From: Tubiluchus corallicola
Taxonomy: Eukaryota; Animalia; Priapulida
DNA: 64,000 bases
NCBI GenBank assembly: GCA_030141605.1
Contig: JAQGDQ010002377.1
Coordinates: 372,001 to 436,000 of the forward strand
Reading direction: 5' to 3'
Position numbers and translations under genes: made by a program. Shown here piece by piece: positions 28,401 to 42,500 of this stretch (positions are counted from its first letter, which is position 1; each line of letters starts with the position of its first letter). The notes beneath the pieces were generated by a model, which saw only the letters and a list, made by a program, of their open reading frames with translations, was not told where the DNA came from and did no database searches.

Positions 28401-31400
28401 GTTGTGTTTGACCTAGAGAATCTTGCCCTGAAACATGTTACATACAAGCCTGGTATGTATGATGTCTGAGGTAGATGAGTGCAAAAAGTTCTGTGTATGT
28501 GGTCATTCTATTGATGTACAATCAGTGATCATCGTTTATTATAAGGGTGGGAATTTCGAATAATTTATTCTTCGAAGATTCGAGGAAAACATTTTTGAAT
28601 AATCGAATGTTCGCCCCTGAGATATTTGACCTCGGTAGTCCACTCATGGAAATAGACAAACGCAAAATACAGGGCAGCAGTTACTGTACCACTGTAGATG
28701 TTAACAGATGAACTGATATGATAAATTATGCATACCACACTCTTATCTGGATTGAACTGTGGTGTTAATTACTGCAATATCACTGCATTACTTAGGGCTG
28801 TACATGATTGAATATAGGGCTTGTTGATTTTTTAATAACTTGTTTTTGCATAATAAACATTTTACTGTGTTTGAATGGGACTTTTTCGAAATGTTCCCAT
28901 ACCGAGTTCTGCTGTTTGTTGTCATATGGACAATTAAATATATATCCAACTTCCCAGTGAATTAGTATTGCCCAGGCAATGAGCTGACATTGGTGTAATT
29001 GTTTTTCGGCTGTATGGGAGCAAAGACAGCAGATTCTTTTCATCGGGACAATGATGTTCGCTTAGTGCCAAGGTTTTTGTCTCCGCAAATGTGTGGGTGG
29101 TATTCAATATGTGGTCAATGCAGTGTGTAGCAGAATTGGATAGTATTTTATTTGAAGCTTCAAATTATCGTTATTTGTGTACACCCCTAGTTTATTATTC
29201 GTTCAAAACAAGCTCTGAGAAGTGGTTACAGTCCCATTGACTACAGGTTGATACTCGAGGTATATTCATGGCTTTCAGAAGCTACTTACTGCCGACAACT
29301 GAATTTAGAAATGACAATGTCTTAGATATTGCCCTGTATCAATCTTTAAAAAACCTGAACACTAATTTATTTACATATGATTAACGTTTTTCTTCGTGTA
29401 GGTATAGATATGTGCCTAGATTTACTGCGGATGATGGAGGATCATTATCCAGAGACTTTGTACAAACTAAATGTTGTAAATGGTAAGTGTAGCTACCTGA
29501 CTCTAACCATAGATATTAAACACATTGTGTTTTGTACTTAATTTGTAGTGTAAGTTTTGTCTTTGCTTTTACATATCATCGTATAACGTGTTTTCTAAAC
29601 TAGTAAAGTAATACTCGATTTACACCATTTAGAAAATTAGTTTGTACCTAGACTTATTGTTCTGAATTAGTTTATACCTAGACCTATTGTTCTGAACTAG
29701 TCTGTACCTAGACCTATTGTTCTGAATTAATCTGTACCTAGACCTATTGCTCTGAATTAATCTGTACTTAGATCTATTGTTCTGAATTAATCTGTACTTA
29801 GACCTGTTGTTCTGAATTAATCTGTACCTAGACCTATTGTTTTGAATTAATCTGTACCTAGACCTATTATTCTGAATTGGTCTGTACTTAGACCTATTGT
29901 TCTGAATTAGTCTGTACCTAGGCCTATTGTTCTGAATTAGTCTGTACTTAGACCTATTGTTCTGAATTAGTCTGTACTTAGACCTATTGTTCTGAATTAG
30001 TCTGTACTTAGACCTATTGTTCTGAATTGGTCTGTACTTGGACCTATTGTTCTGAATTAGTCTGTACCTAGGCCTATTGTTCTGAATTAGTCTGTACTTA
30101 GACCTATTGTTCTGAATTAGTCAGTACTTAGACCTATTGTTCTGAATTAGTCTGTGTCTAGACCTATTGTTCAGAATTAGCCTGTGCCTAAACCTATTGT
30201 TCTGAATTAGTCTGTGCCTAGACCTATTGCAGTTAAATGGTAAAGTTACAGATCTGGCTATTTTCTGCATTGTTTTTGTTTAATAACTGTAAACAGGGAT
30301 CATGAGACAATTCTCTTTACACTATCTAATTTTGAATTAGTGTAGTTGCTGGACTAGAATGAGTAGTGTAAATAAAAATTTTCACGAAGTACTATTTTGT
30401 TTTACAGCACCAAAGATTTTTCCTATTGCCTATGCTATTGTGAAGCCATTTCTAACACAGCACACACGAAATAAAATTCGAATACATAGCGGTAAGAAGT
30501 CTATAAATATGTAACAGAGGCTGGAAGATAATTTTGACTATATGATTGTTTAAAGTGTAAATATGAAATATGTAATTAATGTAATTACTGTATAAAGCTT
30601 TATTTAGTTAATTTGACTGGAGAGCAAACTGCTATTACAATTTGTGCAGAATAATAAAATAAGTTTAATTTCAAAGACTTATATGTTTTTTGGATTTCCT
30701 TAATTTTAACTAAAGAAGTCATTTTTTCAGATTAGATTACAAACTAATTGCTGAGAGAATCAGTCATTAATGTTAAGATGCTTAATCATTTCGTGTAATA
30801 GAAAATTATTTAAAAATTCTGAAAATTAGGCATGCTCACTAATTGTGGCCAAACATTTTGTGTGTTTGGCTTGTGGCAGATGACAGTTGGTTGTTCTTTA
30901 ACAAGACAGTGCTGTTGGTTAGTCAGCTCCAACATAGCAGTTTTAGTTGATGAAATCAAGTTATTGTTAAACTCATACAGTCTTACCTCATTATAATGCC
31001 AACCTCGCTTAATGCTCATATTTTCAGCAAAACAAAATGTCTATATTTGTGCAGATGTAAGTATTAATACACCTTGTTATAATGCCAAATTCACTTAATG
31101 CCAACTTTTTTGCAGTCCCAAATTGGGCAGTAAGAGGAGGTTTGATTATATTATGGAACACTTTAATTTTTCAGATAACTGGCAACAGCTAATACTTGAT
31201 GATATAGCAATGGAAGAGGTTCCAGTGTTCTTTGGTGGTCAGAACAGAGGTCCAGATGGTGATCCCAAGTGTTCTCATCTTGTATGCAGCACTTGTTTGT
31301 TTGTTTATTTTTCTTCTTTAAATTAAAGATCACAGTCAAACCTTAACAGCCTGGTCTTCATTAATATTTGTTGCCGTAACTTAAATGCAACGGTGGGTGG

Positions 31401-34400
31401 CTGCAGTATATTGTATCATATTCTGTACTGGACTGCAACGTTATAGACAAAAGTTTGGAGTACTTTTTGTTAACTCTAGATTGCCTGTAATTTAGAGAGA
31501 GAAAATGTCTATGTTTTGCAAGTTACTCTTAACAGTACAAAGAAGAGATTTCTTACTAGCCAGTATGTCCCACGTAAACAGATAATTTGCATGCTATCAT
31601 ATTTTGTACTGGACAGCAACGGTCTAGACAAAAATTTGGAGTAGTTTTTGTTAACTCTAAATTTTTATTATTAAAAAAAAGAGAAAATGTCTCTATGTTT
31701 CTTAATAGCACCAAAAGAGAACAACTGCTGCTGAGAGATTCCATGTAATCAAAGAATTTACCCTCCATTTGTGGGATATACTAGTTATTCTCAGTGCTGT
31801 TAAAGAGTGTAAAAATTCTTGTTGCTGTTTAATGTGAATATGAATGATCAAGTCCGATCCGCCGGCAGGTTGATAATGTTAGTATAATATAATGTATGCA
31901 GATTAGTGAGAATATTTTGACTATGAGAAACCAATATGTCATTCAAGAGCTGAACATAATTGCACATTTGTTTGTTGATAATTATTTAAGAATAAATTTG
32001 CATTTTGGGTGCCTTGTGGTTTTGCTCAGTGTTCTGATTGGCTGTATTAGAGGTTTCATTTTGATGAATTTGTTCATCAGTGAATTCAGTTAATGAAACC
32101 GTTAAGTCAAGGTTGCTTTTCGTTGATATGTTTACCGTATATACTCGCATATAAGCCTACATCGCATATAAGCCGACCCCCTAACACTGCTTTAAAATGG
32201 CCAGTTTTTGCAAAAACCCGTATATAAGCCGACCATCAACTTGTCTAATTTGACTCCATACCCAATCAACAAAATTCATCCCTTTTTGTCACATTTTGTT
32301 ACATTTTCTTTTTTCTCCAGGCATGGTGTATTGCACAAATAATTTTACAACTAAAATTATCAAAATTCAGCACACTTTTAAATTCTGTGGCCGCGTGCTC
32401 ACGTTTGCCTCATTGGTTTGCTGTTCCTCTATAAGCCACGTGACCCTCGTCTCCCCACGCGCTGCCTACCAATTGGCTGATGACGTCGGCTTGGTTACGG
32501 CTCGCAACTGGTGACACACAGTGGTGTATTGCTAAATAAAAAGTAGGTGGACGGCTAGTCTCAAGACTTACCATTTTACATTCACAAATTTGAAAGAAAT
32601 TGACATTATTTAAAACCGTTTTTTGAAAAAATGAAAACAAGTAGATTTAATATTAAACCTGTATACATTTTTAATGTTTTTTATCTAATGAATACAAAAA
32701 GCAGACATTTATTGAATTGTGAATTTTTTCTAAAAAAAAAAGTGGGTGGACGGCGATCCCCCACGATCCCCCTCCAATACACCACTGGTGACACACAACC
32801 AAATAAAGAGTCAGATAGCGATGAAAATGTGTGGCTGGAAAATTGGCATTAGTGTCTGTCCTTGTGTTCATTTTGTTTCATGTGCATATAAGCCGACCCC
32901 CTGATTTCAGTATTGTATTTTACAGTTCTAAATTCGGCTTATATGCGAGTATATACGGTATGTTTCGCTTTTTATTTGTCAAAACAGTTAAATCATTTCA
33001 ACTGCAAGGTTTGTTTTACTTAATAATTTGTATACTTTTCAATTAATTTTTCATATACACTAAGTGCCTTATTAATTGTGGTGTTTCTTTTGCAATATTT
33101 CAGATTTGTTATGGAGGGGAAATCCCAAAAAGCTATTACCTTCAAAACAACAAAGAAGCTATAGATAAGACTAAGATGGACATGGCTGTTGTGAACAAGA
33201 GGGCAAATTTTTATGTTGAACATCATGTAGGAAAGGCAGGGTCCATAATCAGGTAATGAATGACGGACTTTAAGTAGATTTCTGATTTTCTAGTAAAACA
33301 GCAAATCGTGTTTTCAAATAAAATTGAAAGAGCCCTGTTGACAAAAAGAATGTCCGAAATAAGGAAGGTGTCATTGTAGATTTTTATACTCATCCTTCCC
33401 ATTATTTAAAGAATTTATGCATATTATCAGCCATAGTGACAAAATTTCTGCAGAGTAAAGTGGTCTTTTCTTTCTACCAATTAGCAATCTGTTCTAGTCC
33501 TATATTTCCACATTTCTCTATGTCATGTTATGTCTGCAAACAAAAACTCTCAAATATATGCATTTTTGTACCCAAATTAAGTTAAATTGCTTGGAGAAGT
33601 ATTCTGAGAAAATTTTGTCTGCAAAAATATAACAGTGTTGTACTGTTTGACTAATAATATTTTATATTTTGTCCTGACATGTAGGTAAGTTTATAATCAA
33701 GGGCGGATACTGGCTTTTGAAAAATGGTGGGCCCAACAAAAGGCAGTTAATGGGTCTGGGGAAGCATTGTAATATTCAGCAATATAGTGGTATACAGTGT
33801 ACATGGTGTACTTAAATTTCATGTGTTTTGAAAAGTAGAACTCTTGTGATATAGGATTTTTATAGGTATTAAATTTTAGTAAAGCCACTGCTAGGATTTA
33901 GCAAATCGTTCTAATGCTTATAATCCAGAGAAAATATTTATTTGATGTGTTGTAAGTGCTACTGTGAAAGGGGAGCAGGTTTCTTAGACCCATCCTCTAA
34001 ATCTGCAACTGATAATCCATAACCTGATCCTGAAAGGTATGGCTAGGTAGTTGCTAATTGTCTCTAAGCAGCCCTAATCAGAAAACATTATAACTGCAAA
34101 TGTTAAACATTTGGTGGGTTTTCTGTGTTTTAAATATTTAGTATAACTGATTTGTTATAATTGTTTAGGTTAACGCTTCTAGTGGACCAAGTCATTTTCT
34201 TTAAAAGAGATGCACAGATAGATCTTGTTTTGATGTCTCACCAGCTTTGCTTATCACTAGTATATCTGTATTAACAAAAAGCAGGCAACCTTATAGATTT
34301 TTTTATAATGCTGTCACACTGATCTGTTTGCAATAATTAAAACTGTCGATGTCTAAAATAAGCACTGTAAAGTAGCTTTGGTTGAGCCATCGTTCTTCAT

Positions 34401-35900
34401 GGGTATTGGCCATTTATAAACGTCTTTGTTTCCTACTACAAGTTAATTTTGGTTTGTTTGCAGGTGGGAGTTCATCACAGACGAAAATGACATTGGCTTT
34501 GGCTTGTACCTGAAAACGGATGGCACTCCCATTGAAAAACTCAAACCGTCTGATTTAACGAATGTGCGAAGCTTGCAGCGGTGTAACTGCCATCTAGTGC
34601 CAGAGACAGGAAGTTTCATTGCAGAAGTTCCAGGCATATGTAAGTATATGATTATGCATTTGTGCAGCCCATCTTAGTTTTTTTAGCAAACACTATTGTT
34701 AGCCAGTTTCTGGATGAGTTAGTGCTTGTCACATAGTTCTTCTAGTTAGTTGAAAAGCATCTTTAATGTTATTTATAGAACAGAAGAACAGAGGACAGAG
34801 ATGCTTATCTATGCAGTGACAAGTAGGAGTGAGCATCGAATGTTCGAGTTTGAACATTCAAATCAAATTCGAACGAGTTTTTTTAGTTTGAATTCGATTC
34901 GAATGTAAAACTATAGATTCCAATATTCAGCACTTCAATCACATACATTCTTTATCATTAAAGTGATTGAAACATCATGCAATTAGCATAATTCAGCTGT
35001 GATTTCTGTGCACAATTTTAAACAAATTATTAGTGTTTTTTCAAATTCGATTCTATAGATTCGAATATTCATCACTTCAATCACATACATTTTTTATCAT
35101 TAAAATGATCGAAACATCATGCAATTAGCATAATTTAGCTGTGATTTCTGTGCACAATTTCAAACAAATTATTAGTGGTTTTACTGCAGAACAAAATCGA
35201 GTAATATGTATGATCCTTGTAAGACTATTTTACTGGTGATTCGAAAACTTGTTTGAAAATCTTTCAATTTGAATTTGAATTTGAAATACTGAAGCTCGTT
35301 TCGATTCGAATTTGCTTTCTGGCAGAGAATGCTCACCCCTAATGACAAGGTCGTTCAACCCTGTAGGGGATGTTAGTAGATCTGGTATTTCAGAAAATTA
35401 TTTCAATGGTAGTCTAGTCCTCGTCTGGAGCTTAGACTACAAAATGATCTAATTAAATTTCAAAGAGTAAGCTCTTTACAGACAGTAATTTAACATAAAA
35501 GTTACAAGGCATGAACAGAGTGAATTTTTTCAGACTGATTTTTTTTCATCAGTTATTTGACAATTATGCATTAAAAATTGATATATAATTAAGCTATTTG
35601 CGCAATCGATGATTAGATTGCTCTAACTGTTGCTGTATGCGACTTTCCAGATATGGAAGAAAGCTGTTTTTTTGTTTAAAATGCTGAAGAACAATTGGAA
35701 GCATATTGTTATAGTACTTTACAGCAAATGAATATTGCAGGTATTCTGTTTCGTGCAGCAAGCCACACTTGTAAAATTTCTTAGCGGAGTTTATTGTATT
35801 GTTTTTAGATGTCACGTTATTCGACAATTCGTACAGTTGGACAAAGAACAAAACACTATGGTATAAGGTTGATGTTCTTTCGCCTGATGATCGCTTGTAA
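19499..35900 (+). CDS. SEC14L2: SEC14-like protein (CRAL-TRIO + GOLD; SEC14L2/3/4-like), 394 aa. Exons 19499-19552, 23809-23878, 24311-24354, 24920-24982, 27281-27371, 27939-28033, 28374-28452, 29402-29482, 30408-30491, 31175-31281, 33104-33252, 34464-34639, 35809-35900
   Basis: MSGYFGDLSPTQSETLAE-FKTQVRD...DDYYYLRWLRARDFELKKSELMLRN...[31 protein letters not shown]...FGGQNRGPDGDPKC...YGGEIPKSYY...WEFITDENDIGFG...CNCHLVPETG...FDNSYSWTKNK follows SEC14L2 along its length. All 12 introns are GT-AG and phases sum to 1185 nt. Exact paralog assignment is uncertain. Confidence 0.93.
23270..23790 (+). mobile_element. LINE ORF2 C-terminal CCHC zinc-knuckle fragment plus probable 3' UTR in SEC14L intron 1
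   Basis: QLRMGYSKLN..HLHKIGGANSSLCECG...SEHFLSEC motif. Confidence 0.7.
28542..29189. mobile_element. Non-autonomous hAT-type transposon
   Basis: Ends TAAGGGTG...CACCCCTA, with a perfect 8-bp TSD GTTTATTA at 28534-28541 and 29190-29197. Confidence 0.8.
29636..30229. repeat. Minisatellite, 30-bp unit GACCTATTGTTCTGAATTAGTCTGTACTTA, ~20 copies, in SEC14L intron 8
   Basis: Directly visible, highly similar tandem copies. Confidence 0.97.
30978..31148. mobile_element. Tc1/mariner-type MITE (related partial copy near 25420-25555)
   Basis: TA-CAGTC..ACCTC...GAGGTTTGATT-ATA ends. The internal aatgccaa.ctcgcttaa...agcaaaacaaaat...tgccaacttttt..agtcccaaat sequence is shared with 25420-25555. Confidence 0.6.
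31421..31705. repeat. Local diverged direct duplication (~100 bp, ~180-bp period)
   Basis: tgtactggac.gcaacg...tagacaaaa.tttggagta.tttttgttaactcta...gagaaaatgtct occurs twice. Confidence 0.7.
32135..32958. mobile_element. Non-autonomous Tc1/mariner-pogo (Tc2-like) transposon
   Basis: Perfect 23-bp terminal inverted repeats (TIRs) CCGTATATACTCGCATATAAGCC, TA TSD on both sides, and subterminal catataagccgaccccc repeats. Confidence 0.9.
34824..35341. mobile_element. Non-autonomous hAT-type transposon with an internal ~130-bp duplication
   Basis: TIRs TAGGAGTGAGCAT / ATGCTCACCCCTA, TSD GTGACAAG/ATGACAAG (7/8 match), TTCGAA-rich subtermini. Confidence 0.82.
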
Positions 35901-38900
35901 AGTCTGTTCATTGTCGAGTCTTCCAGACACTTTCAGGCTTCGAGTAACAGGTATAAAGATTTGCAAAGGATATGAATTTTTGCATTAACCAAAGACCATT
36001 GCTTGTCTTTATGGCAAGTGTCACTGTGGTATGGTTGTATACATACAGGGCAGTAGCGTGACAAAGTTATTACAGTAAAGTCTCAGTTAACCAGACTGAT
36101 AGTCAATTATGGCAAATAACTGATTCTTGGCTAATTTGCCATAGTTATAAATCACACTACATTTATTTGTTGCATTGTATGTAGGGTTAATTGGAAATGA
36201 TGAATGTTTGAAGTATTCAGGTTTTAAGGGTCAAAAACTTCGAAAAGCAGTGCTTGACCATGTATTTAAACACAAGGTATAAAACGTGCTACAAATAAAA
36301 CACGAACTCGTTCGTTTGGTTAATAAGTGTTCGAGTAATTGAGATTCTACTGTAAGTGCAAGATGAGCGGCAAAACAATAGGTAAAACATCTTCAGTCTT
36401 TCCTTTAAGATGGAAAATGGTTGACATTATATTAGATACAATGTGCAATATAAAAGCATGATTATAGCATTATTTAAGGTTATTTTAGCAAAATAAACTT
36501 GTTTTACAACATGAGGAATTACTATACTTAATTTTTAGATGTTATATTACTTGGAGTGATAGCTTTGAGGCTTTCCAACTGCATAACTACTTGCAGATCG
36601 TTTTAAGCAATATTATTTAACTTGATGCTGATTTTGTTATATTTAATATTTTATGTTTTAAGTGCATTTGCTTATAACTTTGTTAATTGTTAAAGTACAG
36701 TCTAAGCTTACTTGCTATTAGTTCATTGATTATGCACCCAGAAAAGTTGTGGTGTATTGATAAGGTTGGCAGTAAGACAAGATGTGAATGTAATTGCTGT
36801 TGCACAAAAGCTTTTTGTTCAACCAGTGCATATTGAATACTATGCAACAATAATGGTAGTCAGTAATTTGTTCATATAATTTTAAATATTTACCTCACTG
36901 AGGTCATGTAATTTATTCTAGAAGCATTGTAGGTACTATAGGTGGTTACTTTGCCATTGTTAATGTTGTATTTGTTAGTCTGTAGCACACTGGTTGTAAT
37001 TGTCATTAGAGATGTATTATTAGGTGTTATTTTTTAATTTTATAGTGATTTTGTTAGTCACAAAAGCCAAAGAGTTAATGCAGTTCTTGCAGCAATGCCA
37101 AATTCTTGCCCTCGTTAGTAGTCTATTTTGTGCATTTAGGTGTTTTAGTGATACATGTGTCCATTATGATTTATTAAGTTATAATTTGTTTGTGATTACT
37201 AATGTCTGAGTATATTGTTACGTGTTAAGGCTGAAAAGTTGTTTAAGTCATAATTATTATAAAATTACGTTTGGCCTAGTCACCTTGCCATTATGCAGAG
37301 GTAAAACACTTTTGTTCTTTTGGTTTATGATTTCATTTAGAAGCTTTTGCTTGGTATTCCTAAATTTATTTTTGCTTAGTGATATTATACATTTTTGCAA
37401 GTTTTCTTTTTTTACTTTTGACTGTATTATGATTGCAAATGCTTAATTGGCCCTGACAATTGATGCTAGTGTTGCTATTGCACTTTATTTTCTCTATTTT
37501 TCGCAGCATTTGTAATAGCTAAAGTTTGCCAAGTATTCCATTCCATATATTGTATGCCCAGCCAACATTTATCTCAATACTATAGCTTGAGCAATAAGTG
37601 ATTGGCTGAACTTTAATTTGCACAATTAGTTGCGAGAATTTGTGAATCATTTAGTGTATTGTTTTTGTAGCCATCTGTAATTACGCTGAGAATTTTTTTT
37701 GTCGAGCATGTATAAATTGCACACATTTTCAAAAACTCTTTATTCTCTTTCAAGCTCAACTCATTTTCGATTAAACAGCAGATAAGTTACTTATGTGTGT
37801 TTGTGAACATACTAACATGGTTTTTCATTTTTTTAGTTTTAAGTATGTCATAGCCTTCAGAATTTGATGTATAATCACAATTTGACATACTAGTAATTAT
37901 TCAGACTGGTTTTAAACATCATTCATGGAGCCTTTCTATAAGGTATCTTTAACAACGAGTATGCTTAGACATATATGTAATGAATTATTACTTTTATTGG
38001 CCTCAGTTTTTCATTACTTTACATTTACTATTATTCCTAAATTCCTAGCATTCATTTTGTTTAATTTGTGATTTGACTGTTTGGTAGGTATTATAAACTA
38101 TGCTTATAATGTCTGTCATTTTCAGTATCATATTTTATTGGCATGAATGTATTACTATGATAATTTACTGTCTGTGGACTGATGAATTAATAACAACTGT
38201 TAACATCACTAATCATACGTGAAAAAAAAAATAAATGATTTAATTTAGTTTATTGATCTAGTCATAGTCGTTTTAATACGAGTTTTTTTTGTTTAGATGT
38301 TATTAAAATTATTATGTGATTAAGTGTTAAATTATCCTAAGTTGCCTACTAATTGTATTGATGTTGTTTGTAATTAAAAGTAATAACTGTGTATAAATAG
38401 TTGGTGTTTATAATCTTGATTTTGCATTACATGTATGTTGTTAGCAATTAGAAATTTTTCACTATGTGGCAATAATCATGAAGTCATGGATAACCTTGTC
38501 AAATTTTCATTGTTATATAATTTAGTTGTTTAGCAGGTGATGTGCAATATACATTTTCGTGTTTCAAGTTTATTGGTGTGCAGTTTTGCATTAATTATAT
38601 TGTTGATACAGTTAGAAATTCTACATTGTGGAATAGTCAGTAATTGTAGATAGTACTGTTAGATTTTCATTATAGTAAATGCACAGAACTTTTTTTAGCA
38701 AGGGATAGTTATTGATACGTTTAAAGTTCATAGATTTGCATTTATCATGTGCTAATGTGATGAGACTCGTTAGTTATAATTTTTAATGGTTATTCATTTC
38801 ATCTGAATAATCTGTGATTGAAATATATTTGATTTGTTTGTTGGGCTATGGCCAGTTCTCGTAAATTTGTTCATAACGGGTAATCAGTGTTGTTATGTTT

Positions 38901-39532
38901 TATGCTTTGTTATTATTATTTGTTTTGATTTGTTGATTTGATGACCATTCCAACATAAAATCACAAAGATTTGTGCTTTCATTAAGATTTTACTTGTAAG
39001 CACGTTTTGGCATTCCAGAAATGAATTCACTGAACACACTAGATAAATGAGTTATTGCAGTTTTATTTTGGCTGTTTTTTTCATTGGAAATGCATTAAAA
39101 ATTAGCATTGCAATGGACAAGTAATGATTATTAGATAGTACATAAAGTGATAATTAACTTGTAGAAAAAATATAGATATTTTAAGTATATGAAAGAAAGA
39201 CTTGAAGTTGATTAGTTTGTAAGTCATTCTTAAACAGTACAATAGTTTACTGCAGAGATATACAATAAACAAGTATGAGTAAATAGACAACTGTCTGTAA
39301 CATTTTTCAGCATGTTGATACACGTATGTACAACTACTCCATTCAGTTATTCAATCGGCTGGAGGTATGAGGTTCAAACATATGTTAAATTATGAGGTTC
39401 AGACATACTTACAATTGAAAATATTGTTTCAGTCCACATCTTAAGCACATCTGTTGCTACTATATATCGTGTACATAGAATCATGGTGCACAGAACCTCA
39501 TTTGCCACATGCTGTGAATCGGTGTGGACTAA

Positions 39533-42500
39533 TTATGTTGTTGGCTTGTTGACTTTATAGGAGAAGACAAAGCTGACTGCATTGCCAACAGCTTGCAAAT
39601 GGCTGCCCTGTAATTAGTTGCAAATAATAGTAACTTATACGTATAACTTTTTTAGTGAAATTAGAAAGACTCGTAGATTACTTTCGTCGAGATAATATTA
39701 ATAATTTTAATACGATTGATGCTATTATATTGCTTATGGTGAACACAGCCAGGCATTTTATAGTAGCTAATTCTGTAAGTGGTATTTACTCTGCTTTGGC
39801 ATTTAAGATCTGTTTTTATTTAATTTAAATGAGAAGTATCGTTCATTAAAATACTGGACAGCTGAATTGGGACTTGGGAGACAAAAAGAAAAAAATGCTT
39901 AAAGTCAAATTTTGTGATCTCACCAATTTATGGTAAAGCAGTAGGGGCAGATGTTAAAGGAAAACCAGTTCTTGAATTAACAAAATTTATTGCATTTTAA
40001 TATACACTGAGAAGTACTGAATTCACCGCACAATATATGCACATAAGATGCCTTGCTTAAAAATGCAAAATAATTTTTTATGTTCCGCCAAACGAACCTC
40101 GCTGAGGACAAACACAAAAAATGATGTAAGCTGGTAAGTAACAGGAAAGCACGCTTTTCATCAAATAGCAAAAAATGGTATTATTAATATCTACTATTAT
40201 CGTGGGTAACTGATTTTATTATATAGTGGGCAATAAAGATTCATCAAACAGCAAAAAAATGGTATTATTAATCTCTCGTTTTATGTTTTGGACTGCTTCT
40301 AAGTAATATAACAGCAAATGCAGCTGCAAAAAAGTTTGCTGAAGCACCTGGCAGGATAGGTGTTTATACTGAACGGCAACCATATGACGTCATTTTTCAT
40401 TCAAAATGAGCACCCCAAGTGTGAAATTATCATGACTTTAAATTGACTTTACTAATTGCACCAGGCTTTAAACTGAACGGCAACCATATAACGTCATTTT
40501 TCATTCAAAATGAGCACCCCAAGTGTGAAATTATCATGACTTTAAATTGACTTTACTAATTGCACCAGGCGCCTGTAAACTAAAGCTGAAGTTACTGCTG
40601 AAACTTTCTTAACATTTTCCCCCCAAATGTTAAAATAAGTTCAACTTCCTAAAAGTCCTGATTTTTCCTTTAATGTATCCAGCATGACGCAAACAGGGCA
40701 CTTTTTTTATTTTTTCGATAAGTTTTTAACCACTGATAAATTTAATGTGTGAAGCTTAAGAACGCGTCCGCCAGAAGACCATGCAAATTCGAAAAATTCC
40801 GGCACAAGGTTAGGTAAACCGATTCAGACCAAAGTTCGGGTATGAGGTCCACTAGTCACTAGTATTCACTATGTGAATCTGCTTGGTCCAACTCCTCATA
40901 GTAGCAGAGGTACGACATAGGCCGATTTTCATGAAAAAGTGCCTATTTTTCTCTATTTTTTTACACATATTTGAAGGATTAACCATGCAACAACCACTGA
41001 GTTTGAATAAATCTGACTCTGCACAGTATTGGGTCTTGTTATCTTCTCCAAAATGACTTTTCGACTTTTGTCCCAAACCCCCCTCTTTCAGCTCGCATTA
41101 CGCACAAGATGCAAATACTCCGTCATTTCAAAGTCTTATATCTTACCCACTGCGGGGGCGGGAACAAAAATATCGATATGTATGTGAACAGAGCATCCCA
41201 TCCCACTATGTTGCAGTGACAATTTCGATGGAGCGAATTTCCACCCTATTGTAAATGACCCTTGAAAGAGGCATGTATCAGGGTGAAAATATAGGTAACA
41301 ACGTTCATCAAAAAGCTTCGTGTAGGTAACATGAGTTGTCAAATCCTGTCAAAATACTTCAAAACGTCATAAATATTCATCTTTGGCAACTAGGGGCCTG
41401 GACAGCACATTGGTTAAACTACCGACAGGACTGGACTCTAGCATTCAAGATGGCGGCCACTGCTGGACTAAAATGTTCGTTTTCTGGGCTGTTTACCAGC
41501 GTTAAATGCGGTATTCTGACTAGTTATCCGCACAAAACGAATATTGCGAATCTGTTAGCCTGTACTAAAGACACTGGAGCGCATTTAGAGCGCTTCCATC
41601 TTCAAAAAATGAAATATCTACGGAATGGAAATTGCTTCTTGCAGGGACTGGAAAATGTTTTATGTACTGTTTATTTTCTATGCTTTGTAAATGTTATGTA
41701 CAGGTTATTGCCTAGTTATTACTCATTGTCTTACGTAGGCGTACAAGCCAGGACACAAAGAAAATTGCCATAAATCTGAGCGAATGCCCAAAAAGTAGGG
41801 GACAGATGGTTACCCACCTCTGGTCTCATTGACCTACAGTTATCTCATCTCTTTGTTGCAGGATGCCATTATGCAATATTGAAAGGGTCGGTTAGTTGCA
41901 CAAAGTTACCCTACCTACATCTGTATATTAAGTCACTAGAGTTTCTGTGCTAAATTAAACTTTCACTTGCACTGGCCTTTAAAAGCTTTTATCGATAAAT
42001 TAACTTTTACCAAATAAAATTTACAGTAAATAATATTAATTGCTGTAAAAACATCGTTACAATAAAACTTTAATTCTCACTTGAAGAACGCAGTTCTGTA
42101 TTGGTCCTTTGTAATGCTCCCACTCCATCAGTTGATCCATAGATAAGTGTTTGGCTTTCACATTCATAGGTACCATACTGTCAATTTTGGAAGATGAAAT
42201 GGCACCACATAGTTGGTCACACACGCAGTTCAGCAAGTCATGTGTAGCACAGGTTTCACTTTTCACCAGAGTAAATAAATCCTGCGAACAATTTGTCATA
42301 ACATAAAGACAGATAGGAAAATCCTATTAATAAAATACCATTAGGCATTGTTGTGGCAAGAAATTTTTAATAAAAAAGGAAATAAAAATAAATTTCATCA
42401 ATAATGCAAGTATTTACACATTACCTTGTGCATTACCACATTTGTTTATGGTGTTGATGCTGCAAACCAGCATATCGCACAAGCAGACTTGAATGTTTGT

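Noticed and set aside
29636-30229. CRISPR-like array (also 10448-11155)
   Set aside because: Head-to-tail repeats with no unique spacers, no cas genes, and a eukaryotic context.
29636-30229. 30-bp minisatellite as the target of 10-finger (4+3+3) ZF blocks
   Set aside because: Only a length coincidence; no sequence-level evidence.
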